DNA of 53,127 bases from a virus (taxonomy: Duplodnaviria > Caudoviricetes): positions 1 to 53,127 of IMG/VR virus record IMGVR_UViG_3300034170_000039, one strand, 5' to 3'. Positions within the stretch are counted from its first letter, which is position 1. Each line of letters opens with the position of its first letter. The translations under genes and the position numbers were made by a program. This document shows, in pieces, positions 36,765 through 45,282 of the stretch. The notes below the pieces were generated by a model. That model made no database searches and was not told the origin of the DNA. It saw only the letters and a program-made list of their open reading frames with translations.

Positions 36765-36794
36765 AGCCATTCCTCCATTGGCGTTCATGCTCGC

Positions 36795-36863
36795 ATTATT
36801 ATCTCCCTTGGAGATACTTTGCAACTCCAATGGAGATGGTTAACTATCTCCGGTGGGAATATT
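36795..36863. promoter_or_regulatory. OR operators (three 17-bp sites) with pR/pRM
   Basis: TATCTCC-N3-GGAGATA-type palindromes at 36800, 36822, 36845; TTGCAA..AATAAT on minus strand. Confidence 0.85.
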
Positions 36864-36871
36864 CTTCATAA

Positions 36872-37663
36872 ATGACTAAAGAAAGACGCCAGTTGCTTGA
36901 TTGGGAGCGGGAAGAGTGCGCGGCCTTGAAAAAGGCCATTGCGGACTACAACGCCGCGCGCCCGAAAGACAAAAGGCTTACCCAGGATGAGATTGCACAC
37001 GCGGTAGGCATGAGTCAGGGGACTCTTGGAAGCCACCTGAATGGACATAGGCCTCTAACTCAGAAACTGGCCGTTTCAATGGCCGAAATGCTTGGAGTGC
37101 CTATAGGGGTATTCAGTGAAAGGATTGAGGGCGACATAGAGCGGATCGCCTCTCGGCTTCCTGATTTTCGCCCATCTCACCGAGAGTTCGAAGATATGCG
37201 CACCCCTCCGCGCAGCTTCGATCTGAAGGATGAGCCCAGCTACACCGGCGTAATGCAGCTAACTGCGCGCGGCTCGACCGGGAGTGGCGACGACAACCCT
37301 CACGTCGAAATTCGCGGCGTGATGGCGTTCAAATCGGCATGGCTGCGCGCCAACAACCTCAACCAGAAGCACCTTGACGTGATCTACGCCAACGGCCACA
37401 GCATGGAGCCGACCATCAATGATGGAGACGTGCTACTGGTGGATGAGTCGAAGGTGGAACCGAAGGACGGCCAGATCTTTGCGCTGCAGAGCGAATCGAA
37501 AGGCACGATCGTGAAGCGCCTGGTGAAGTCCGACTTCGATGGCTGGATCATTCGAAGCGATAACCCGGACAAGGCGCGCTACGGTGACGAGACGCTGCGA
37601 GATGGGGAGATAAACGAGGTTCGCATCATCGGGCGCGTCGTTTGGCGCGGCGGGATGCTGTAA
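36872..37663 (+). CDS. cI: CI repressor (HTH + S24 peptidase)
   Basis: LTQDEIAHAVGMSQGTLG HTH; GHSMEPTI and IVKRL catalytic Ser/Lys; IIGRVVW. Confidence 0.95.
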   Translation: MTKERRQLLDWEREECAALKKAIADYNAARPKDKRLTQDEIAHAVGMSQGTLGSHLNGHRPLTQKLAVSMAEMLGVPIGVFSERIEGDIERIASRLPDFRPSHREFEDMRTPPRSFDLKDEPSYTGVMQLTARGSTGSGDDNPHVEIRGVMAFKSAWLRANNLNQKHLDVIYANGHSMEPTINDGDVLLVDESKVEPKDGQIFALQSESKGTIVKRLVKSDFDGWIIRSDNPDKARYGDETLRDGEINEVRIIGRVVWRGGML

Positions 37664-37710
37664 TCGACGAGAAGATGGGCTCTACTGATCTTAAATAACA
37701 GAAGGGATTC

Positions 37711-38043
37711 GTGGTGAGTGACAATAAAACAAACAATGTTTCTGGTGAAACAGAGTCGGAGAATACGCCCGAGCAGGATCGAGCGCTCACGGTCCCTGGG
37801 AGGGATCTGGTGGAGTTCCTGAACAGGGTTGCGCCTGACAATAAGTGCAGCTTCTGCAATCGAGGCGATTACAACGTGATATCTGCACCCACAAAGGGCG
37901 GTATCGCAGGAGTCGTCGCAACACCCGTCCCCAACGTTCAACACTTGGGGATATGGTTTTTCGTAGCATCATGCAATGTCTGTGGACATACGGCGCTGTT
38001 CAACTCGAAAGAGGTCCTTGATGCTATGGACAGGAATGATTGA
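37711..38043 (+). CDS. Zinc-ribbon protein
   Basis: CSFC...CNVCG; downstream of cI. Confidence 0.75.
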   Translation: MVSDNKTNNVSGETESENTPEQDRALTVPGRDLVEFLNRVAPDNKCSFCNRGDYNVISAPTKGGIAGVVATPVPNVQHLGIWFFVASCNVCGHTALFNSKEVLDAMDRND

Positions 38044-38519
38044 TGCGCATTGCACAAGGCTCACCCTATGATTTTATGGGCGAATTTTCCTCATTTTTAG
38101 AGGTTGTTGAGAAAAATGTTGGGGGATTCTACTACATCTCGAACATTGACCCTTCTTCAATGTCTGAAGACTCGCTGCCCCTTGACAGGGTGTATACTGC
38201 CGATACACCAAAGGATTTGATAACCATCATGAGCGCATTTCGAAAAGATCTGTTTATGTCTGTGACTCTGCCACTCTTAGGGTCGGCGGTAGGCGCGCTG
38301 GCGCTTGTGTGGGCGGCTTATACTCATATTGATTCGAAACTAGACGCTGTAAGATCTGATGCCTCGAATAGCCTTGACCATCTGGGCGATACGCTAAGGG
38401 TCGAGCTGCGAGCAGACCGTGATGCTCGAGCAAAAGAGTTCGAAGCTATACGCGTTGAAATGAGAGAGGACAGGAAGGATACGAGAGATGCTCTTAAAGA
38501 GCTCATAAACCGCTCATAG
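38040..38519 (+). CDS. Single-TM coiled-coil protein
   Basis: Overlaps stop of zinc-ribbon gene; central TM, charged C-terminus. Confidence 0.7.
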   Translation: MMRIAQGSPYDFMGEFSSFLEVVEKNVGGFYYISNIDPSSMSEDSLPLDRVYTADTPKDLITIMSAFRKDLFMSVTLPLLGSAVGALALVWAAYTHIDSKLDAVRSDASNSLDHLGDTLRVELRADRDARAKEFEAIRVEMREDRKDTRDALKELINRS

Positions 38520-38534
38520 CTTAGGCTGTTCTCT

Positions 38535-38566
38535 AAAAAGAAACCCGGACCAGAGCCGGGCTTCTT
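38535..38566. terminator. Terminator between convergent genes
   Basis: CCCGG/CCGGG stem flanked by A- and T-rich tracts. Confidence 0.55.
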
Positions 38567-38575
38567 GTTTCTGCC

Positions 38576-38917
38576 CTACTCAGCCTTTCGTATATCCACG
38601 CCTGATACGTAGTCTGCGGCGCGGCGCGTCGCCATTTCCTGACATTTCACAACCCCGCCAAGCCCCCGCGCCATCTCCCAGCCATCCATGTACAGCTTGT
38701 TGACGGCGATTCCCTTGATGCCTTTAAAGGTTTTCACGGCGTCGCCAACCCGCAGCCAGCCACGAAAATCTCCCGCGTTCATACCTGCCTTGAAATCCGT
38801 ACAGCCTGATGCCCATATGAACCTGGCATCCTCGTTGGCATCCTGCTGCGTATAGCCGAAAGCCAGGATCGGCATGCAAAGCAGCGATAAAGCACCCACC
38901 ATGAAAATCCGATTCAT
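38576..38917 (-). CDS. Exported protein
   Basis: Signal peptide MNRIFMVGALSLLCMPILAFG; GGAG RBS. Confidence 0.7.
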   Translation of the reverse strand: MNRIFMVGALSLLCMPILAFGYTQQDANEDARFIWASGCTDFKAGMNAGDFRGWLRVGDAVKTFKGIKGIAVNKLYMDGWEMARGLGGVVKCQEMATRRAADYVSGVDIRKAE

Positions 38918-39013
38918 TGCTCACTCCACTCGCTGATTGAGCAGATTGTAGCAGCCCTTCTTCGCCAATCCTGCTCGCCGTTGAGCGGGCTTTTTATCGC
39001 CATCCATAAAAAT

Positions 39014-39056
39014 TATCTCCATTGGAGTTGACATGAATATCTCCATAGGAGATATT
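39014..39056 (+). promoter_or_regulatory. OL operators (two 17-bp sites) and pL
   Basis: Operators at 39014 and 39038; TTGACA(39028)-17-GATATT(39051). Confidence 0.88.
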
Positions 39057-39105
39057 AGCCCCATCGAGTCACCCAACAGGGACTCGCCAGGGCCTCAGGG
39101 CCCGC

Positions 39106-39117
39106 CGCTCTTTAACA
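39106..39117 (+). promoter_or_regulatory. boxA antitermination element
   Basis: CGCTCTTTAACA consensus boxA about 45 nt after pL, preceded by a GGGCC/GGCCC hairpin. Confidence 0.8.
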
Positions 39118-39377
39118 GCACGGGAACCTCGCAGATCGATCCCCAGCAATGGGCACAGGGCGAGCAATAAATTCGATCTCCACGCCAGCTCTGGAACTGG
39201 CCGTACTCCCACATGTGAGTACGCGAAACCACGCACACAAACTGGCAATGCATCGAACACGAAATGTGCGGCGCCGGTGAGAGACGACTCGGACCGATGC
39301 GTGGTGGAGATGAAACACCCACAGATTTACTGATGCCGCTTCTATGAGGCGGCATTGGAAATCAACGGAGACTGACC

Positions 39378-39506
39378 ATGACCATGACATTCGACAGCAT
39401 CACCCAGGCAGAGCAATTCAAGTTGGAAATGACCGGTCTGGGCTACACGGCCTACGTGCTGAGCATGAACGCAACTTTCCACCAGGTGCGCTGCTGGAAG
39501 CGCTAA
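39378..39506 (+). CDS. 42-aa early protein
   Basis: GGAG RBS; MTMTFDSITQAEQFKLEMTGLGYTAYVLSMNATFHQVRCWKR. Confidence 0.55.
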   Translation: MTMTFDSITQAEQFKLEMTGLGYTAYVLSMNATFHQVRCWKR

Positions 39507-39857
39507 CTGCCCGATCCTCTCTATGAGAGCGCATCGGGGTGTGATTTGGAGTTTGCCTCGGCGGATCAGGGGCGCCCTGCGTGCGGGGTGGGGTCGACTA
39601 GGTAGCGCTGCCGAAATCGACGTAATTCTTTTGGGTTCGAATCCCTGCCAAATCATACCCCGATGCGGACGACCACCACACACCGCGCAAAGCGGCCCCC
39701 TGCATCGCACCTATGACGAATCACCCCGGCCCGACTCCAGCAGAGTGACCGGGTACAGATGGCTCCCTGCTGATTCAGGTGGCCATCTGTTATCTTCACA
39801 ACTGCCGCTTAAAACCCCTAGGCGGCAATTGGAAGGGAACAGAACTGAGGACGGATC

Positions 39858-40031
39858 ATGACCAAGAAAGAGTTGCAGGCCTTGGCGCCTGAGCTGCTAG
39901 CGGCTCTTGAGGAGCTGTACAAGGAGTTTAAAGAGACGCAAGAGGCTGAGTACAACACCTGGGAGCCTGACGCCATTGGCTACCCCGCAGCGCTCGAAGC
40001 CAAACGCCTGATCGACCTCGCCAAGCAGTAA
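39858..40031 (+). CDS. 57-aa acidic early protein
   Basis: GAGG RBS; MTKKELQALAPELLAALEELYKEF...; followed by terminator. Confidence 0.65.
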   Translation: MTKKELQALAPELLAALEELYKEFKETQEAEYNTWEPDAIGYPAALEAKRLIDLAKQ

Positions 40032-40049
40032 CCGGCAACGATTCACAAC

Positions 40050-40072
40050 AGCCCGCACTTAGCGGGCTTTTT
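40050..40072 (+). terminator. tL1-like terminator
   Basis: AGCCCGC/GCGGGCT plus TTTT. Confidence 0.75.
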
Positions 40073-40140
40073 CATGGGTTTCACAAATGCCTCTAGACCC
40101 CCTGGAGGTATTTGGAAGCCCTATCCACTGGAGTAGCGAT

Positions 40141-40335
40141 ATGAACCTAACAGATAGCAAGCAAGACGACCGCATCAGAACCGCGCTCCGCAATGCTGAT
40201 AAGTCGGGTCGGCTGAGTGTCGTTGCGGCCGTTATCGGCATTGCCGGCGGCGAGAAAGAGTTGCGCAAAATCATGAATAGCACCGGCGAACTTTCCATCA
40301 TGGATCGCGGCATGCTGTGGATTCACCTGAACTGA
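40141..40335 (+). CDS. 64-aa early protein
   Basis: GGAG RBS before MNLTDSKQ. Confidence 0.65.
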   Translation: MNLTDSKQDDRIRTALRNADKSGRLSVVAAVIGIAGGEKELRKIMNSTGELSIMDRGMLWIHLN

Positions 40336-40536
40336 TTAACCCTCTCCTTGCACGTCAGCCAGACGAAAATTGGCCCGATCCTTTCCTTGGGGAGACTCGT
40401 ATAGGAAAGCAGCCCGCACATGCGGAACCACCCTTCTCGCCTCTACCCGTCAGCACTCACCCCGCGCCCATCGGCAACCAGCGGGAGGCATGAGTGTTGA
40501 GCGAATACAGGTGAACCAACGAATGGAGTTCCCGAA

Positions 40537-41124
40537 ATGCCAAAGATTTTGGATGTGATCAAAACCAAGCAGGGTCAGATGTTCCTGCTGCTGGATGAAA
40601 TGCCGCGCCGTGTATACGAGCGCACCGGCAACCTGCTTGTTTCGAGCCACGATGGCTTCTTCGACTTCATGAAGATTCAGCCGGGCACCCGTGATGCGTT
40701 TGCGGGCCGATCTTTCACTATCAATCTCGCTGACGGCTCGACCCTGGAGTGCAAAGGCCAGGTCTGGGATTGCGGCGGTGATCCTGGTGTCCCCACGCTT
40801 CATGCCGGCATTGGCACCCGTGAGTCACTGGAGAGTTGCTACGTGTTCAGTGGCGCCACCGTCGCGAGGTCACTGGTAGAGGCTTGGCTGTCCGAGAACA
40901 AGCCGAGCAGCCGTTACTACAAGTACGACAAGAGAGAGACCGTCGAGTACTGGGAAGTCATTTACCGCACCGAGGGATGGGGGAATCGAATTTCTCCGGC
41001 TCGGGCCCGGAAGCTCCGCAAGCGCGGCGCGACCATCTGGCGCGTAGATGGCAGGCCAACCTGGAGCGCTCGCTTCGAGAAGCGCAAAGCTCAAATCCTC
41101 GCGGACATTGCCGCAGACGCCTAA
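40537..41124 (+). CDS. Hypothetical protein
   Basis: 195 aa, GGAG RBS. Confidence 0.75.
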   Translation: MPKILDVIKTKQGQMFLLLDEMPRRVYERTGNLLVSSHDGFFDFMKIQPGTRDAFAGRSFTINLADGSTLECKGQVWDCGGDPGVPTLHAGIGTRESLESCYVFSGATVARSLVEAWLSENKPSSRYYKYDKRETVEYWEVIYRTEGWGNRISPARARKLRKRGATIWRVDGRPTWSARFEKRKAQILADIAADA

Positions 41125-41145
41125 CCCCAAACACTGGAGGTCGCC

Positions 41146-41376
41146 ATGAGCGATTGGATCAAGTGCAGCGACAGGCTGCCGCCACTGGCTGAAAGGCTTG
41201 AAGCGCCATGCGAAGTAGGCGGAAGGGTCATCCCGCCGCTGAATCGCTCGGTCGAGGTGATCGTCTTCTCGAATGGCGGCGTTTTTAGCGCCTCTGTCGA
41301 GTGGTTCGATGGCGAGGAAGCTCCTACCAGCAGCATCACCCACTGGCGGCCACTCCCTGCCCCGCCCACCGAATAA
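41146..41376 (+). CDS. DUF551-like protein
   Basis: WIKCSDRLP...ITHWRPLPAPP. Confidence 0.85.
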   Translation: MSDWIKCSDRLPPLAERLEAPCEVGGRVIPPLNRSVEVIVFSNGGVFSASVEWFDGEEAPTSSITHWRPLPAPPTE

Positions 41377-41395
41377 CGCCACCCTGGAGGTGATC

Positions 41396-41833
41396 ATGAA
41401 CGCAGCATTGAAGATATGCCAGGAGCGTTTCGACGCTCAGTTGCCTCCAGATGTCAGCGAGGCGAGCCCTGAACAGGATTGGCTTGAACACTCGGCTGAA
41501 CAGTTGGTGTGCGGCGTCGACATCAAGTGGAAGCGCCGATACGGCCGACCACGAGTCGTTACCTTTGACCAGTACTGCACCTACCTGCAAGGCATCCTGA
41601 ATCATCGCCAGGAAGAAGGCCTGGACGAGCGCGATTCACTTGCCCGGCTGTTCCTGTCGTCGATCCTTGGCAGCCAGTCAGATTCACGCGGCCATGCGGC
41701 CGACTTGATCGGCCAGCAACACCCAATCGCAGCCGCCGAGAAGGTGGCTATAGACCTGCTTAGACCCTACGCCGCCGACGCGGTGGCAGCAGAGCGGGAA
41801 GCGGCCGAAGACGACGTGGATGGTGACCTATGA
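41396..41833 (+). CDS. Hypothetical protein
   Basis: GGAGG RBS before MNAALKICQ. Confidence 0.7.
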   Translation: MNAALKICQERFDAQLPPDVSEASPEQDWLEHSAEQLVCGVDIKWKRRYGRPRVVTFDQYCTYLQGILNHRQEEGLDERDSLARLFLSSILGSQSDSRGHAADLIGQQHPIAAAEKVAIDLLRPYAADAVAAEREAAEDDVDGDL

Positions 41834-42015
41834 GCGCGCACATCCTCATCGACGAAGCACTCGAAAGCCTCACGCATGCCGCCAGCACGGCGGACGAGGC
41901 GCTAATTGTTCAGCGGATGATCGCCCAGTTCTTGATTGACGAAACGATCACCCTCAAGGAATTCGACCACTACTGCGCACGCCTCAACAAGGTCTCGCGC
42001 AAGGAGGCTGCATGA
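41830..42015 (+). CDS. Hypothetical protein
   Basis: ATGA overlaps. Confidence 0.65.
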   Translation: MSAHILIDEALESLTHAASTADEALIVQRMIAQFLIDETITLKEFDHYCARLNKVSRKEAA

Positions 42016-42206
42016 CCACTTCGCCAGTAAAAACGATCGTAGACGAGCAGCTCGACGATATTGAGCGCCGTATTGCCATCCTTGGTTTTGGCCTTCCCTT
42101 TAACGAACTGATCGGCCGCAAGCGGGAAGAGCTGGTGCGTGACCTGCCGCAGCGCCTGGCACCGACCATGAAGGGCGGGAGGATTGCAGTGAGGGTTCGG
42201 CCATGA
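42012..42206 (+). CDS. Hypothetical protein
   Basis: AGGAGG RBS, ATGA overlaps. Confidence 0.65.
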   Translation: MTTSPVKTIVDEQLDDIERRIAILGFGLPFNELIGRKREELVRDLPQRLAPTMKGGRIAVRVRP

Positions 42207-42442
42207 CGATGATTTGCGGCAATTGCAACCAGGCCGGCATTCGTTGGGTTGGCCCATTCAGTAACCTGACCCACACCGAATGCCCACACTGCGGCGGCAC
42301 CAACTGCCAACTAGCTGACCAGTCAGATCAGGCGGAGGAGGAAGTCGAGGAGGAAGTTGAGTGCGGGTGCGGGCGTAAATCCGGCCCTCCGAACTTTGAT
42401 GATGGTCGCTACTACTGCGGAAGCCAGTGGTGTATGCCATGA
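42203..42442 (+). CDS. Cys-rich Zn-finger protein
   Basis: CGNC, CPHC, CGC, C...C clusters with acidic linker. Confidence 0.65.
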   Translation: MTMICGNCNQAGIRWVGPFSNLTHTECPHCGGTNCQLADQSDQAEEEVEEEVECGCGRKSGPPNFDDGRYYCGSQWCMP

Positions 42443-42555
42443 CCGCCCACCAGCGCACCCGGCGCACGCTCATCTGGCGCGGATCTTTCTCTGCCCTCTC
42501 CCTCTGCACGTTCCTGATGTTGCTCGGCGCCCTCGCTGATCGAATCACCTCCTAA
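42439..42555 (+). CDS. 38-aa membrane micropeptide
   Basis: MTAHQRTRRTLIWRGSFSALSLCTFLMLLGALADRITS; ATGA overlap. Confidence 0.55.
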   Translation: MTAHQRTRRTLIWRGSFSALSLCTFLMLLGALADRITS

Positions 42556-42599
42556 CCAACACCTTCAATCGCTGCGAGCATCGCGGCAAGGATTCCCAC

Positions 42600-43746
42600 G
42601 TGTCCGCAAATCAGCAAGTCATCACCATTGACGACATCAGCGCCGACCATCTACATCGCCGGCGGCCTGGGTCAGTTCTTCGACGCGGTGCAGGCCGAGG
42701 TCGCCGGTGAGGTGCCCGATCTGGCCAGCCGCAAGGGCCGCGAGCGTATTGCCTCGCTGGCCGCGAAGGTCAGCAAGTCGAAGGCAGCAGTCGAGAAGCC
42801 GGGCCGCGACTACCTAAAGCGCCTCAAGGAAATGCCGAAGGTGGTCGAGGCTGAGCTCCGCGAGTTTGTCACCAAGATGGACAACCTGCGCGACGCTACC
42901 CGCAAGCCGCTGACGGACTGGGAGCAGGCAGAGCTGGCCCGCACCGACAAACACGTCGACGGTATCCAGAGCATCAAAGACCTGGCATTTTTCGAAGAAT
43001 CGCCGAGTGCTACCCGCGTCGCCAAGATCATCGCCGACCTGGAGCTGATCGCGATCAACGACACATGGGAAGAGTTCTTGGCCGAAGCCGCCCAGGTGAA
43101 GGATCAGACCCTGACCAAGCTGCGCGGCATTCTGGCCGAGCGCACCCAGTACGAGGCCGAACAGGCCGAGCTGATCAGGCTGCGGGCCGAGGCAGAAGCA
43201 CAGGCCCAGCGCGACCGCGATGCAGAGATTGCACGGGTAGCGGCTGAGCAGGCCCAGCGCCAGGCAGAAGAGCGAGCACAAGCCGAGCGTGACGCAGCGG
43301 CGCGCCGCGAACAGGAGTTGCTGGATCAGGCCGCAGCAGCGCAACGGGCAACCGAACAGGCCGCCCGTGATGCAGAGGCCGCCGCCGAACGCCAGCGCCT
43401 GCAACTACAGCTCCAGGCGGAACAGGCAGAGCGCCATGCCGCCCAGGCCAAGGCCGACCAGTTGGCAGCCGAGCAGCGCGCCGAGCAGGAGCGTCTTGCC
43501 TCCATACGCCGCCAGGAAGAAGCCGTAGAGCGGGCTCGACTGGATGAGGTTGCCAGAGCCAACGCAGCGGCAGATGAAATCCTGCGCCAGCAGAAGGCTC
43601 GCCAGGATGACGTAGCGCACAAGTCGAAAATCCTGGGCGAAGCCAAGCAAGCCTTGATCAGCATGAACATCAGCGAAGAGCTGGCCAAGGCCATCGTCCT
43701 AAAGATTGCCCGGGGCGAAGTGCCGAACGTGTCCATTCAATTTTGA
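42600..43746 (+). pseudogene. Coiled-coil (TolA-like annotated) protein, frameshifted near 5' end
   Basis: RBS-supported GTG at 42600 is out of frame with the 372-aa body. Confidence 0.6.
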
Positions 43747-43756
43747 GGTAATCAGC

Positions 43757-44518
43757 ATGTCCACCGAAATCATCATGCCTCCGGAGCAGCGCCGCCAGTT
43801 GGCCGCGCCAACGGCAATGGATACCAGCATCATGGCAGTCATCAGCCGCGCTGCTGCTGACCCAACCTGCGACATCGAAAAGATGGAGCGCCTGCTGGCT
43901 ATGCATGAGCGCATGCAGGCCAAGGATGCTGAGCAAGCATTCAACGCAGCGATGGCCGAGATGCAGTGCAACATCCCCACAGTCTTCGAAGGGGCGGTAA
44001 ACCTGCACACCGGCAACTCCTACGCCACTCTGGACCACATCACCCACACCCTAAAGCCGATCATGCAGCAACACGGGTTCGCCATTACCTTCAAGGTTGA
44101 AAACGCGGACAAGTTGATCAGCGTCACGGGGATATTGATGCATCGAGGTGGGCACCGCGAGCAAACGACCATGACCCTTCCGACTGATATCGGAAAGGGC
44201 CGCAACGACGTCCAGGCGGTCGGATCGTCCACCACCTACGGCAAGCGCTACGTCATGTGCGCTCTTCTCAACATCACAACAGGCGAGACCCGTGACGATG
44301 ACGGGCAGTCAGCGGATGGCTCAGATACGGATGACATGCGCGCCCAGGTCGTCGCCGACATCCTTGAGCGTGTCGGGCAAACCACGACGCCGGAAGAACT
44401 GAAAGATGTCTGGCAGGCGAGCCTAAAAGTCCTGCAAGCGTCGGGAGACTCCAACGGGTATTCCACGGTGAAGACCGCAGTAACTGTCCACAAAGCAAAG
44501 CTGGAGGCGCCTCAATGA
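43757..44518 (+). CDS. ERF-family single-strand annealing protein
   Basis: YATLDHI, QAVGSSTTYGKRY, DDDG motifs. Confidence 0.92.
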   Translation: MSTEIIMPPEQRRQLAAPTAMDTSIMAVISRAAADPTCDIEKMERLLAMHERMQAKDAEQAFNAAMAEMQCNIPTVFEGAVNLHTGNSYATLDHITHTLKPIMQQHGFAITFKVENADKLISVTGILMHRGGHREQTTMTLPTDIGKGRNDVQAVGSSTTYGKRYVMCALLNITTGETRDDDGQSADGSDTDDMRAQVVADILERVGQTTTPEELKDVWQASLKVLQASGDSNGYSTVKTAVTVHKAKLEAPQ

Positions 44519-45282
44519 TCATTGTGAATTGCACCCAAGGCTCACCGGAATGGCTGCAGGCCCGCGCCGGGGTCATCACCGCAAGCATGTTCAGCACCGC
44601 CCGCTCCAAAGTTAACGGCCTGAACGCCCAGCAGAAGAAATATGTCGACGCCATGCTTGCCGGAAAGGGCGAGACGAAAGCGATGGAGTTGGCAGGATAC
44701 AAGGCCTGCCCAAAGGCCGAGGTTGTTCAGCGAGCCCTGGACGGCGAGAAGGTCGGCGAGCCATCCAACGCCGCGCTTACCTACGCCTTTGAGCTGGCGG
44801 TTGAGCGGATCGGCGGTGCGCCGCTGGATGGCGGGTTCGAAACTTGGCAGATGCGCCGAGGGCATGAACTGGAGCCAGAAGCCCGCATGGAGCACGAAAT
44901 TCAGACGGGCCTGATCGTCACACAGGTCGGGCTGGTGAAGACTGACGATGGCGTGTTCGGCGCCAGCGCAGACGGATTCATCGGCGAGGACGGCGGTGCT
45001 GAGTACAAGTGCTTCCTGGCCCCTGACAAACTCCGCGCCTTCCACATCGACAACGATGCCAGCGAAGTCATTGACCAGGTGCAGGGCTGTATGTGGATCA
45101 CCGACAAAAAGTGGTGGCACATCGGGATGTACTGCCCACTGCTCAAACCGGTCGGCCGCCAGCTCTGGTGGAAAGAGTTCAAGCGTGACAACGACTACAT
45201 CGAAAGCCTTGAGGAAGACCTGTGGGAATTCAAGCTGCTGGTCGACGGGTATGAGGCGGCGCTCAGGAGTAAAGCAGCATGA
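44515..45282 (+). CDS. YqaJ/lambda-exonuclease family nuclease
   Basis: QGSPEWLQARAGVITAS, RGHELEPEAR, GASADG, EYKC, QVQGCMW. Confidence 0.92.
   Translation: MIIVNCTQGSPEWLQARAGVITASMFSTARSKVNGLNAQQKKYVDAMLAGKGETKAMELAGYKACPKAEVVQRALDGEKVGEPSNAALTYAFELAVERIGGAPLDGGFETWQMRRGHELEPEARMEHEIQTGLIVTQVGLVKTDDGVFGASADGFIGEDGGAEYKCFLAPDKLRAFHIDNDASEVIDQVQGCMWITDKKWWHIGMYCPLLKPVGRQLWWKEFKRDNDYIESLEEDLWEFKLLVDGYEAALRSKAA

Noticed and set aside
39180-39235. Possible hammerhead ribozyme (two hairpins followed by GAAAC)
   Set aside because: The CUGANGA core is absent
39633-39645. GGGTTCGAATCCC as part of a true tRNA gene
   Set aside because: No canonical acceptor stem, D-arm or anticodon arm; T-stem only 3 bp
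26487-40031. Shared (A/T)AP(D/E/Q)(L/M) helix motif in ORFs at 26487, 33152 and 39858
   Set aside because: A short motif very common in phage hypothetical proteins; too weak to claim a system
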